A stretch of 64,000 bases of DNA from Balanoglossus misakiensis (GCA_040954595.2 CM082580.2:5632783-5696782), one strand, 5' to 3'. Shown: positions 1 through 31,300, counted from the stretch's first letter. Notes: generated from the sequence alone by a model not told the origin. A program made the numbers and translations.

Positions 1-2189
1 TGGCCCAAGAGATGAGCACGGTAAGCTGTCTGGAGAATTCAGCAGTTTTATATTAGAAAGATCAGCCATTTTACCAGAATACACATCCATTCTTAAAAAC
101 TGAATCAGTTTTAGGTTGATTATGGTAGATTTTGAGTAATGCTGTAAATGCTGGCGTTATATGAATACCTACAGAGACCGGTAGCTTGCAAAACCAAAGT
201 GACCGTTTTCTCACAGAGGTTTTGGATACTTCTCCCCCAGGTATCATTAATTACATGAAGAGCCAGGCCGGCGATAGCTCAAAGTTACTGCAAGACAAGA
301 AATCTGTGAAGAATTTCCTCAGTGATGAATCGGATATTGCCATTCTTGGGTTCTTTGAAACTGCCGAAGATAAACTTTACAAAAAATACCTCGATGCAGG
401 TAAGTCCAGTGTACAGTTTGTGTCTGTCAAATGTGCACAGCCTGGTGTGTAGTAGTGAGAACGCAAGCACTCCCACAAGACAAATTCTAAGAAAGCTTAT
501 TTTTGCTTGTTCATAACAAGTGCGTGTTTGCTGTATTTATATTAAAAGGTAACAGTCTCAGGGATGATTTTAAGTTTGGACACACGTTTGATAAAGACAT
601 CACAGACTACTACAAGGCAAAGACGGGTTCTGTTGTCATCTTTGTGCCAGAGAGATTCCAGAGTAAATATGAACCAAAGAGACATGTCTTTGACAAGGTG
701 AGTAGTTCCAGGGTGGTGAATCGAATACCAACGTTTAGTGTTTAAATATCTTGGGCATAAGTAGCCTTATTGAGCACTTGTATTGTTGATGTGAATGTTT
801 ATGTCGCCGTTGTTCACTCGCAGGCCACAGCCACAGTCAGCCAACTTCAAGACTTCTACAAGGCTCACCAAGTACCTCTGGTCGGACAGAGAACGTCTGA
901 AAATGAGAAGAAGAGGTACACCAAGAAACCGCTGCTGATTGTCTACTACACGGTGGATTTCAGTTTCGAATACAGGGATGGTAAGACACAGAACAGAATT
1001 ATTTCAACAATAGACAGTAGACAGGAGGTCCCCTTCTTTCTACTGCCTGTGTTTTAACCCTTTCACGGCCATGGTTTGGTCCAAATCCATTGTTCTCTAT
1101 CATAAACAGGACCTCTGCAGAGGAAACTGGGGATTTTAAATGATATCGTATTTGACCACAAATATCAGAAGAAAAGTGTTTTATAAACTTTTTTGAAAGT
1201 CATGGATGCTTATAAAAAGGAATAATTTTTTACTTCTTCACCTTTTAGCAACTCAGATATGGAGACACAAAGTATTGGAAGTAGCCAAGGACTTCACAGA
1301 CATCACATTTGCCATTGCCAATGAGGACGATTTTACAAAAGAGATGGAAGAATTTGGATTGGGTGATAGCGGGGAAGAAATCAGCGTTGGACTTTTCAGC
1401 GAAGATGGCAGGAAGTATAGGATGGAACCTGATGAAGAATTCAGCATTGAGAGTCTGCAAGAATTTGTTGAAAAATTCTTAGATGGTTAGTGTTGTCTGC
1501 AATGACTGTATACCAGTGTCTTGGGATGTATCATGTATATTGTATAAAGTATCTGTTAATGTCTGGCCCCTTATTCTTCAAAGAAGGGTTTTCAATTATA
1601 CAACTGCGAAGATAATCAAAGGAAGAAGTATTGTACATGTTTATTGTGAAGTGAAATGCATGATTTAATGTCATGTGATATTAATTAAATTATTTGGTAG
1701 CTTCCGTGTGAGATTTTTTCCCTCTTTGGCCGGGGTGACTGACTTTGTCCACTTATCTTGATCTTTTCCACAGGTGAACTTGAGCCGGTCATCAAATCAC
1801 AGCCAGTCCCAAAGAAGAACGACGGCCCAGTGAAAGTAGTCGTTGGCAAGACATTTGACAAGATTGTGCTCGACAAGTCGAAGGACGTACTCATAGAGAT
1901 GTACGCACCGTGGTGTGGACACTGCAAGAACTTGGAACCAGTCTACAAGAAACTGGGCAAAATATTCAAGAAAAGCAAAAACCTGGTCATCGCCAAGATT
2001 GACGCAACCGCCAACGACTTGCCACCAAATTACTCGGCGACCGGTTTCCCCACGATTTATTTTGCGCCAACAAATCAGAAAGACACGCCCGTCAAGTTTG
2101 ACGGTGCCAGAGATTTGGATGGGTTCACGAAGTTTTTGGAAGAAAAAGCCACAGTTTCGCTGAAGTACAGAGCTAAAGATGAACTTTAA
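1..2189 (+). CDS. PDIA4: Protein disulfide-isomerase A4 (ERp72), 5'-partial; exons <1-20, 241-399, 549-697, 824-980, 1249-1485, 1774-2189
   Basis: All introns are GT-AG and phases join in frame. The translation contains ATQIWRHKVLEVAKDF, VIKSQPVPKKNDGPVKVVVGKTFD, the thioredoxin active site YAPWCGHCK, GFPTIYFAP and a C-terminal KDEL (stop 2187-2189). It is collinear with the b'-a' region of vertebrate PDIA4. Confidence 0.95.
1054..1139 (+). mobile_element. ~90-bp piggyBac-type MITE, copy 1 (degenerate right end)
   Basis: TTAA-CCCTTT left end. The core ccatggtttggtccaaatccattgtt is shared with copies at 34232, 41746 and 56698. Confidence 0.65.
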
Positions 2190-2934
2190 CCTTTGAAGCC
2201 TTGTAGGCTGTGTAACAGCTATTTGTCTTCTTTAGCGAGGGCCGCACCATTTCCCTACTATAGGGAGGGTAGCCTTATTCACGGAGGGTCTTTTTTCATA
2301 GTCATTCCTTTACAGTAGAGCCTTGGCATTCCTGGTCCACCGACAAACAGGCTCAGACATACTTTTTTTTATTATGTGGGGCCCAGGAGACCTTATCTTT
2401 GGCCTCACAATACTGATGTCTCCCAAATTATGTTTGGCATCTAAAAATAACTGACGTTTGATGGTAGCATGTCATTTTTCTTTTGTACTTGCGCTGTTTA
2501 GCATTTTTATTTTCTGGCAATCCAAAATGTTAATTTCTCTGCCAAGTAAGAGTATCATGCAGCTAAGGAGTATTGTACTTGTCCAAGAAATTATCACACA
2601 ACAATATAAAAGTGTAGTCAGATTTCAAGTAAATTGTACCAGTGGAGACTTGTATGCCAAACCATGAAACACAGAGTATCATAAAACTTCAAAATCTGTG
2701 GTAGGATTTCTTCAGTCAAGCAATTTTTGAAAGGTCTGATTTAGAGTCTTGCTAGGTACAGTGTACATGTTATATCTGTGTACTGGGTTAGGATACTGTG
2801 TAGTTAAGGAAGAAGCAACTCTAAGTTTAGAAAAGTTTTTATATTTATCCATGAAAACAATACCAGTAACCCCTTAGACATATCAACATCATATTTATTT
2901 TTAATCTGTAGAGAATATTTTTTTAAACAGTGAA

Positions 2935-2940
2935 AATAAA
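2935..2940 (+). terminator. Candidate PDIA4 polyadenylation signal AATAAA (alternative at 3199-3204)
   Basis: Canonical hexamer about 750 nt after the PDIA4 stop codon, in AT-rich UTR-like sequence. Confidence 0.35.
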
Positions 2941-3407
2941 GCTTACCTGGCATGAAAATTAAAACTAATTTTATGCAACAACATCCCTTCATAGAACTTT
3001 GTAAAAATCATACAGGTTTCTCGATCAGATTCTACACAAGTGTCACTGTGCCTTTTCAGTCGTCAAGAGATTTGATGCCAATAGTTTATGCCCACTTTGG
3101 GTCTGAGAATGTTTCATTGAGCTGGAATGAAAAACTTGCTGACAAAATCCTCTGTATGTGGTGATGGAAGTTCTTTTAAAAAAATGAAATTGAAAACCAA
3201 TAAAGCAATGATAAATCTTCACTTGAAATTGTTTTGTTATAACTTCGGTTGCTAAGCTAAGCTGTAGACACATACTGACTGGCGTTGAGCTCAAACCTGT
3301 CAGCGCCCTCTACAGTTGAAGAACCTAACACTGTGGCTTCAATTCAAAATGGCTGCCATGGAAAGTTTGGAAGTTGTTTGAGAATCATGGTACTTATTTC
3401 AGCAGGC

Positions 3408-4062
3408 TAAATAATATAAGGTTATTCACAAAATACCGGGATTTATGTCCGAGTACATCGTGCAGCGCAGGTATTGTCCGAGACGCGCAGCGTCGAGGAC
3501 AATACCGAAGCGTACGATGTACGAGGACATAAATCCCGGTATTTTGTGAATAACCTTATTATTATACACCTTTTCCGGACATCCTTGATGAACGATAAAG
3601 AAAAAATAGGCCGCTATCGGACTTTCTAGTTTTCAGACGCCGCCATGATGTAATTTGCATATCGAACGCGCCTTCACCTCGTGCATCAGGTGATGCTAGT
3701 GTCGAGCTGCCGATGTCTCGCGCGCGACGTTCTATGCTGCAGGGATGAACGCGCTCGCCTGTTCGTTCACACATTCCTTCGACTGAAATTTCATCGAGGA
3801 TTTTGACTTATTTCGCATCTTGGGCCACCAATAATTTTGTTTAATAACGACTGTGTACTTTTTATATATTTTTTTGTGAGAGTAGGGTGCAATATCATCA
3901 TTGTTTACATCAGACAGCTGTGAGGTCAAAGGTCAAATATGCGTCCAATAACCCTGTGGGTTATGGGACTCCGCGTCCTCATTTGAATAATTATTGGACG
4001 GTAATACCGCGAATTATTGTATTACGGAACTCCATAGGTTACAGCAGTAGGTGTATAATAAT
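3408..4062 (+). mobile_element. Non-autonomous foldback element 1 (long G.A-mismatch hairpin plus second inverted-repeat pair); possibly Crypton- or Helentron-like
   Basis: Hairpin 3416-3559 has a perfect 35-bp outer stem. A second inverted repeat, attattatacacct (3558-3571) / aggtgtataataat (4049-4062), brackets a CpG-rich interior that contrasts with the flanks. No convincing ORF. Confidence 0.7.
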
Positions 4063-5757
4063 TGTGTTTATTAACGAGAGTTTCAAGATGTGATCTGAGA
4101 ACCAGGATATAGTGTCGGAAAGGAAGCAATTGAAAACAAACTCGACCAGAATAATATTGATTTTGTACATACTGGTATATATTTAATGTCAAGATAAGTA
4201 TTAACACAGAATTACTACAAATCCCTATGTGTAAATGAAGCTAATGTATGAATAAAATTTATGCCATTTAGTATAAAAAACATACATTCAACAGTGTCAT
4301 GGAAGGGAAATGATGCTGCGATGTGTGCTGTCAAAATTTGCAAGGTTTTAATAGCAGGTATAAAGCTTGCAAGAAACACATTAAACCATGTTTCACTACA
4401 CAAGTGTTTGCATTGATCAATATGACTTAACATCGGCTTTTGAACTTTCAATGATATATAATCAACTTGACAAAAATCGGCCATATTGAAATCCTGTTGT
4501 CTGCATGACATTTTTATCACTCACCTAGATAGCTAAACTATATTTAATGTAAGGGAGAATTTTAAATCATTGATACATACCAAAGCATCTCACTTCCACC
4601 ATCATATATGTCTGTCTCTTAGTTGAAGTGCCTTCCAAAGATATCCATTTCACAATACACTTCAAGAGTACATTACACTACACAGGAAAATTTGACTCAA
4701 TGTAAAATACCTACAGCTTGGCTCATCAGTGACGAAAATCTAAAGTTTGCAAATCGATGTGGGAACACCACACATGCTTGTCATGTATCAAAATCTTTCA
4801 AACATTACAAACTTTTATGTTAAGAGACATTCAAACTACAAGTACATGTACCGTATTTTCACATTAAACATTTTTGTTCACTGTAATCTTTCAGTAAAGG
4901 GAGAATGCTCTCCCTGACTTTTGACATAATTTGATTATTTTGCTTCATGTATGAAGTTATGAATGCTCTACTTGTCGAGGCAATACTTGACCCCTTGAAC
5001 CCTAACCCCCCGGTGACCTATGTATCATGTGATTCAGAAGTTTTCTTCTGAACTTGGTTCAATGGGTTATTAAACTGTCAGTCACTCTCTGATCCATGTG
5101 GATACTACTTAAGAAGTACAAGAACCATGTCTGTATACGCCTATCAGCTGGTCGTCCATTCCTGTCTACCCGTAGTCATACCAATAATGTGGGTACAGTA
5201 CCGCAATCAAAATGAATTAAGATACAGACAACAAACGATGCCTAAAAACATAGCTTACAATTTTAAAACAGCTATATACTGATTCAAGTTTCAAGAAGTA
5301 CAGTACAAAATGGCTGATATCCAAAAATCATACCACCTATAGGTAACCCTATGCAAACATCACCTCCAGAAGCTAGACCATGATATCAAACACAATAACT
5401 AGTGTTACGTATAGCATATGGAATGGAATGTTTGGATTTTCAAAAATGACTGGAAAATGTTGTAAATACTTTAGGAATACAGAGTAGATGGGAGGTACTG
5501 GAATAATAATGTGCAGCATACCGGTAATTTATTCTAATACTTCAGATAAAATTTAAATCATGTTGAAATTCTTACTATGACAACGGTCCAGTAGTATGTC
5601 AGAATAAAAAACTTTAAGAGTTTTGTACTTTGTATTAAGTACGAAATGAATGTCTACTGTTAGTTCATGGCTGTTCTAAACTGCTCTTCTTTTTTCTTGA
5701 TTTTTATAACTTTTGTAAACAATTTATTGAAATAAATTTGTGATTGCAAAGAGACTA

Positions 5758-5939
5758 CCGTTAAAGTCACTTTATAAGTCGCAGCGGTATTATAAGTCGC
5801 ACCCCTTCTTTGAAAGACTTGTTTGGGAGGAGATTTTAAGGAAATGAATACAACAGAACATTGGTATTATAAGTCGCACCCCCTTTTCGGCACACACTTT
5901 CACTCAAAAAAGGTGCGTCTTATAAAATGACTTTAACGG
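5758..5939. mobile_element. Tc1/mariner (pogo-like) MITE with TA target-site duplication
   Basis: TA at 5756-5757 and 5940-5941. TIRs are ccgttaaagtcactttataagtcgca / tgcgtcttataaaatgactttaacgg (2 mismatches in 26). Internal ttataagtcgca occurs three times. Confidence 0.85.
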
Positions 5940-7252
5940 TAAAAAGTACGATTGCACAATATCTCCACTCTGCCATATCTATGCATCTAACTTAATTGGA
6001 GTTCATAATAATCTTGCTTCTGGAAAGTTAAAGTGCATTACAGACAATGTCCATGATAAAGCTTGTAAACATTTTTCACAAATGTTCCTGATATTAAGAT
6101 ATGTTACTCTTTCTAAAAAGTAAAAAATAAATCTATTTTAAAATAAGTTACACGTTTAAGTTTCTTAACGGCCACAATGTAGTCAAACCCGAGGTCTCAA
6201 TATTTTATAACTCGCAATTTTTAATCAGAATTAAAAACCCAAGTTCATTGTTAATCACTCTGTAACAAGGATGACAAGGCACAAAATATAGTCAATGAAA
6301 CATATGTTGCGGTGATAAAATGATTTACAAGTTTCTTTCATGTAAATTCTCATCATAAGCCTCTAGGAAAGGTGGATTAGTTGGTTAGCAGGTTGTAAAA
6401 AAATTTTAAAGGAAAAATAAATTCCTTGAAACACTTTGTAATCAAACTGAATCATGCAGCATTTTGTAAGTATGGACAGGGAGGCACAAAGAGTTTGCAT
6501 TTGAACATTAAAAAGCAAAACCTTGCCCACATAGAATGACCTTTGACCCAGCTTCAGCATCGATATGAGTGATTGACAGCACATGCATACCAGGCTTTGA
6601 GACCATAGGTTGCATAATTTGGCTGAGAATTTCAGGTCGGTTGAAAATAATTTTTTCCTTATTTCCACATTGGAGTATACCACAGGTGTTTTCTTGAGTA
6701 TCTGTGGTCAGAGTCAACGATTAGGGTTGCTCAGTCGTGCGCTAGTCCATGAAAAAACATAAAAACAAACCCATCCCTTGTCAAATTTGTCACATAGCCA
6801 ACAAATCACCACATGGGATGTCCGCATCAATCAACACATTCAAAGCTCTCTAAACACCAACATGGTTGAATACACCTGCAGCTACACACATGTGCATGAT
6901 TATATCAATCAAAGCATGAATGTTGAAATATGGGAAAGCCAGGTAATCACTGCTATAAAAAGACACAAGCAGTGATTGGCGCATGTACCATGTCAAGTTT
7001 ATGATGAATAAAGTAGCTCCCGTTCAGGAGGTAGGGATTGTGTGTTGTAAGGTAAAAATCCTAAGAGTGAGTGTCAGTGAAATACAGAAGATATGTTGGT
7101 TTCCGAAACAGAGTGCAAATGAATATGGCCACGCAGAATCGGCCTCAATGGACTGGGATTGCCATAGCAACTGTAAATAATAAAGAACACAAGAAATGAA
7201 GATTGCACTTTGAGATGTATCTGTGTTAATGCCTGGTCATCCTTGATGACAT

Positions 7253-25223
<17,971 letters not shown>

Positions 25224-25720
25224 GATATTTTCGGTGTAAATGCAAACAAAACGAAAAATACTTGGCCGCTTTCGCTTCTTGACAGCTGAGTGTGTTTATA
25301 GTTGGGTTTCTGCGATGAAGCTGATTACATCGTCTGCTACACGTCCATTTGACGGAGAAGTGTTGTCTGTTGACCAACGTCGCGACGGACGGCTTCTAAC
25401 TTTTGCCCACGTACTTCTGTAGGGTACCAGCAAATCACGGCGCTAGAATGAGTCGCTTACAGTATTTTAGCTGTTTTCCTTTCTCGTCTGTAGCTTTCTC
25501 GTCATAACGCCTTCGATTTTTTCAGTCGACGTCTTCCGTCTCTATCGTAAATGAGCCCCAGTAACGGAGACCTTGATTCGCAGACTGACGATTCGTCATA
25601 CCAGACCCCCTAACTTTGCGTTCAAATTACTGGGCTCAGTGGCGCTGTACACGTGCTCTTGTTCACGTAGCAAAACTTGTGTGAGGCGTTGCGCACAACT
25701 CAATGTCATTTCGTTTAGCT
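25224..25720 (-). promoter_or_regulatory. CpG-rich putative promoter/5'UTR of MRAS
   Basis: Marked local CpG enrichment immediately upstream of the MRAS ATG (25223) compared with the AT-rich flanks. Confidence 0.5.
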
Positions 25721-26592
25721 GATATTTCATTTAGGGAATTTGTGAGAGCCGATTTTAAACTTTGCATTTTAATCCCATTCAGATTTTACGGTGAATTTCC
25801 CCATTGAATATTGCTAATTTGGCTGGGCACGGTCTGAGTTCTCAGTTAGTTCAGCTACAAAATTGCTCGAGTAACTTCTCATACGCAAAAGTTAACCTCA
25901 CCGCGGTCCCTTCATGAAGGGACTGTGATATTACAAATTCCTCGGGCAACGTCATGTACAGACCACCTACATTCAATAAAATGAGATTTGGTTGCATCCA
26001 TGATTTATTCGTTTTAATATGTCGCCTGTCACGGCCAGAGCGGAACATCAACTTTTAAGCCAATATGATTGAGATAATCTGCGACTTACATACAAAGACC
26101 ATGAGGCCTAATCTTGTGGATCATGTTGACCAACCCCGTCTATATTGGATCCCAAACTACATAAAACACCTTATGAAGGCCCTACACAAGACAAGGCCAG
26201 GTCATCCAAGTGTTCTACCACAAAAAGTGAACGTTGTCAACAATTTTTAATAACATAATTTCTTTCGACCTTCGAACAAGAGCTTCAGTGCTACTGCAAG
26301 TGACAAGCTAAAGCTTATTGTGAAATATCACAGCGTAAACAATGAATCAAACGCACAAACTCTTGGATTTTTTTTAAATACCAAGGTCAAAGCCACGGAA
26401 ATCCATATATTTGGTGAGATTGCATCTTATGGTACCTGGTGTTGTCTTTTAATCGGTTTACCACAGACCAAAGGTTCGTGTGGCTAAACTATATTTCTCT
26501 TGGACCACATCACCACACTCGCTTCTTAGCATCCATTATATCAGAAAACACACACATACTACACCATCTTCTGAAATATATAGAAATTAGCT

Positions 26593-26598
26593 TTTATT
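26593..26598 (-). terminator. Candidate polyadenylation signal of the ARHGAP21/23-like gene
   Basis: AATAAA on the - strand at the end of ~1.8 kb of U-rich UTR-like sequence after the stop codon at 28374. Confidence 0.35.
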
Positions 26599-28373
26599 GA
26601 GTCTTAAGCTGGAGTTCCGTGAACTTTATTCAAGTTCACTTGTTAATTACAATAAAAAAAGGTAGCCGTTCTGTTCAAATATTTTACAACTGTCTGATTC
26701 AGTCCCTGACCTAGTGGTTCACCCTACTTTATTCTACTGATACATATAAAAAGCTGAAACGCTCTTGCTGTCGTGTGGTGTTTTTGTTTGTTTTTTTAAA
26801 AAGCAGAATATAAATAATTCAACTCTTAAATATAAAACTTGATAAAATAAACGAAACAAGTAATGTATGAAAAGTCCAACAAGACATTTCAAATACAAAA
26901 AAAAACATAACTTATAACTGAAATTTTTTGAAGAAAAAAAACGCTATTGTGAATTACTTGGCATAGTAAATCGTGAAAACAAAACTGGTTGTTTGTTTGA
27001 GTGCCCTTTATGTTTGGAATGATTGCCAGTGGGGGTGAAACCGGATAACGGATCATCCCTTGTCTTACATAGAGCGGCAATAATGTATACAATAATGGCA
27101 GTAAAAAGTGGAATTAACTGAAAAACAAAAAAATAAGTGCCACATATACGCAGTAGCGGACAAGTAGTCCAAGCCAATGGCTGACTTGAAATCTTGAGGT
27201 GCCACCAATTATAAAATGTAAAAAAAAAGTTTTTTTCCGGAAAAATATACTTTAACATCTTGACAATGGTCTGGCTGCACAAAAATAATCTTGTAGGAAG
27301 AATAACTGCATTTTTGATACAACTGTACAGAATGTCTACTAAAGACACAATGATTATTTTGTGACAATGATGTGGCATTTTCTTAAAGCAGTGTTCAAAG
27401 TATTACAAGTAAATGTTAGTGATTCTATCGGATATAATACTGATGCCTGTGAGTGAAGCAAGCTCTCCTTTTTGATTGGTCAAAAAAACTTTGCTCTATG
27501 TAAGGTTGCATTGCACATGCTCACAACTGGTATGCATGTATCTATGTTTCCCCCCTGTCTGTCCATCTGTCTGTCTGCATATCTGTCTGTCCAAGCGTCA
27601 CCTGACAGCTGGATTATTCTTCTCAAAGAAAGTCTGTGTCCTGTTCCTCAAGACACTGTACTGAGCAGAAACCCAGACTTCACAGACTGAAGACTATGCT
27701 TGGCAAGAGACGACGCAACAAACTCAGTCAACCATACCCCACCTCGTCAAATGCACGGAAGATCTGGGAATTTTCAGGAGCACTGCGCTCTGGCCATGAA
27801 AAGCCCCAAACCTCCCATCTTCAATAAAGCACATTTTTTAAAGGTTGCACTTATGAAAGCTAGGATCGAGAAAACTCTCTCTGCACCGGAAATCGGCTAA
27901 GCGTTTGCACATAAGTTCATTAATAGCATTTGACCTGTACATCACAAAATGTACAAAAAGGCACTTTGTAAGTACGCTGTACACATATTGCCTTCTTAGT
28001 GCTCCTTGATTAAAATATTCACTAATTCAAATATCATTTCAAATATTTAGAAAAGCACTCTTCACTCAAAACTCCAGTCAGTTGCACCGATTATCTTCTT
28101 TTAATAATGAGCCCTATTACAATTTAAACTGTTAATAAATGTGATTATTTTCCCCCACGCTACCTCTACTGAGCTTATTATATACATATTTTTCAGGCTG
28201 ATACTTTTGAGAGAGAGACTTGTCTCTTCAAAAGATTAACAAAGGAAACTGTAGTTTTGTTTCCCAATCCCTGTGACCTGTACAAGTGAAATAATACAAA
28301 CAGTATTACACTGCATTTTGATTGATTTTTCCTAAGTACACCACTTGGAAATGCGAGATTTTCAAAAGATTGG

Positions 28374-31300
28374 TTATAAGTATGATTCTATATCGTAATA
28401 CTTTGGCTTTGCGCTTAGTTGGTGTGGGTGGGCGTCCCGAACCGCCGTCTTTGGTACGTCAGTCTTTGCACGGTCTGCTAAGCTGAACGGCAAACCCTGT
28501 GACAGAATAGGGGAACTGGACTGCCTTGTTAGACGGTGTTTATCAAGGCCGGTCCAGAGACCTATTGCCTCACTGGACTTTCCGTCACTAGCCGGCCGGT
28601 CGTTCTTCCGCTGCCGGAGCCACGCCTGCATGGTGAGCGACTCCAGCTGCTTGCTCTCCAGACCGAACGGCTTGAGTCGCTCCAGGGCGCTCATTTTCTG
28701 TTCGCTGTCCCCGCCGTTCACACAGACGGCCTGTTGGTACCTTTTGAAGTCCTTGACGTCTTTGCCCCCGCCCCACGTGTGTCGGCGTTTCAGTTTCACG
28801 GCGTCCAGACCCGTCCTTTTGTCCCTCCTCTTCCGGTAGATTTCCTTCTCGTCCTGGCTGAATCCGACTGATTCCGGTTGCGGCGGTTTCGAATCCCGCG
28901 TCCCCGCTTCCAGCTCTTTCTGCTCTTGTTTCTTTTTCTCCAGGGTCAGTGTCACTTCTATTCTACTGAACTTTTTGGATGGCGACATTGGGCTTCCAAG
29001 TTGAAATTTGTTACTCTTAGCCCGGTCCTCTTTTGGTGTGGAGGTCCCTGATTGGTCTCTGCTCGCTGAGCCACGGGATTGGCTGTCACTGCTCACCGAG
29101 CCACGCGATTGGCTGTCACTGCTCACGGAGCCACGTGATTGGCTGTCACTGCCAACGGATCCACGCGATCCACGTGATTGGTTATCACTGCTGACAGATC
29201 CATGCGACCGGCTGTCTCTGCTCTGACCAGCCAGGCCCATCGGTGACACTGTGATTTTCTTGGCGTAAGTTATTGATGTTGGAGACATCTTCGAGTCAGT
29301 GTTTTGATTTGCCAGTTTGATTTGATTTGACAGCGTGGCGGGTCTTTGTCTCTTTTGCCTGACATCGTCAGGACTTTTGGAAGCACCATAGCTCTTGGAC
29401 TTGGGAATACCGGCGTCCCGTTTATTCTCCCTATCTTTGGACAACGCACCGTCATCCAAGGAACTCCTCGAATCCGATGCCTTGACCCTGATTGGTTTAA
29501 TATATGAACCGAGGTTGGGGTCGGTCTTTGAAGTCCGAAGAAATTTCTGCACCTCGTCCGTTTTCTTGCCAGTCCCCCTGTCGTGATCAAACTCCACCTC
29601 CGTGTTCAACAGCATCTTCAGTTTCTGATCGAAAGTCGCCGTCATGCTGATCAGCAGGTCGCTGTCCTCGTCCGAGTCCGGGGTCAGCACGTTATCCGAG
29701 TCAAACTTGGAGCCCATCTTACCGCTTGTGGAGTCGCTACCCGGCGTGTCGGGGGTTCTGACGTCCAGCGTTACGAAGTTAGTCGACGACGTGGTCGAGT
29801 AGTCCGAGGTGACAGAGCTGACGTCTGTCTTGACACTCTTGGTGTACGTCTCGCTGTCGCATTCCTTGGTGAAGCTGGCGATTTTGCTGGAGTAGTCCGA
29901 TATCTGCACGGCAAAGTCCTTCATCTTGTACAAGTCCTCCACGCTCTTCTTGTCCTCCTCCTCGTAATCCAGCAGCGCCAGCTTGTGCTGCCGCTCGATC
30001 TCCTCCTTCCCTTTCCGCCACTGGTTCCGCTGGTCTTCCCTGCCGTGTCTGTCCGGCGCGGGTTTCGAGAGGACGGCGGAGGAGTGCTGAGACGAGCTGC
30101 CCTCCGAATCGGTGGAGAGCTTCCGGCCGTCCTTGCTGCTCTGCACGCGGTGGTACTGATTCCTCTGGAAGGCCTGCTTGGTGGCTCTCATGTAGCTCAT
30201 GGCCTTCTCGCTGGCCTCGGGGTCCGACGACGCCTGGCCCTCGCTCTCCGTCACCGACTTGACCTCCAGCGAGCTCTGCGACCCGCTTCGACCCGACGAC
30301 ACGCTGAACTTCCTCTCCCCCGACTCCACCTTCTTCACCTGGATGTCGGTCTCCGTCAGCTTCTCCTCGGACCTGGACCGCCTCGTGATGATGGCCTTCT
30401 CCGTTGTATCACCGCCGTTGTCCTTCTTGGTGGTGTCGGCCTCCGTCAGTTTGTGCGACATGCCCTGGCGTTTCATTCTGACCGAGATTTCCCAGTCAAT
30501 GTTCCTCTCGCTGAAGCCAAAGTCTTCGTCATCGTTGTTTGGCAAGATTGCACCATATTTCTTGTGCGCTTTCTTCTTTCTATCCTTGCCGACTGCAGAA
30601 ACAAAGCAAAATTGCCAAAATCTCAGCACATTTGAAAAAGTTTGTTTTAACCTGATGTATGCATACAAAATATACCGGGGGGTAGTTAAATTCTTTCAAA
30701 AAGTTAAGTGTTTTTTAGAATAAATTATCAAGTATTATTCGTTTAGCCACCATAGGATGAATTAAACACAGATATTCAAAATATGAATTTTCTAATAAAA
30801 GCCTGAATAAAATGAACAACGCCGCAAATGACAAAATTCTGATTAAAATGTCACCAACATGAACAATTATAGGTTTTTTGAGCCAGGAATAACAGGAAAC
30901 ACCTCTAACTTCACCCATTTCTAGTGTCCACACACCCACAAGGATGAAACACGCTTCAGGTATCAAACATGATAAAATTGGTACTCACGCGATTCCTCTT
31001 TGACTTTCATTAGCAGCAGATCCATGTTGGAGGATGGAGCAGCTTCCGTCGAGGAATCCACAGGCACTTGTAACATATCAGCTTCTTCAGCACTGAAGAA
31101 CCACTCAGACTGCACAGAAAATAAAGATTAACATGGAAAGTGTCAGTGATTTTTACAATATGTTAAACTGGTACTCAAGCTGTGAAGATATCACTGTGTT
31201 GGCTGGAAACTTAGCATTCTGAATAAACTTACAAAGACTGCTAATAAACAGATACAAGTTCAGTACCCTTCGCACATAAAAAGATGACTCAATGGGTACA

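Noticed and set aside
3416-3559. Long hairpins (here and 11283-11425) as pre-miRNA or SECIS elements
   Set aside because: They are too long and too perfect for a pre-miRNA. A SECIS needs an AUGA/GA core with apical AA in a selenoprotein 3'UTR, which is absent. The second IR pair argues for a DNA element.
29583-30635. 350-aa + strand ORF and other ORFs overlapping the two large RhoGAP exons (28.5-30.7 kb, 44.9-47.2 kb)
   Set aside because: Antisense or alternative-frame shadows of GC3-rich coding sequence, with no recognisable domains.
30593-30668. First 25 codons of the 764-aa ORF
   Set aside because: Intronic; the acceptor tttgtttctgcAG at 30593-94 joins the upstream exon in frame.
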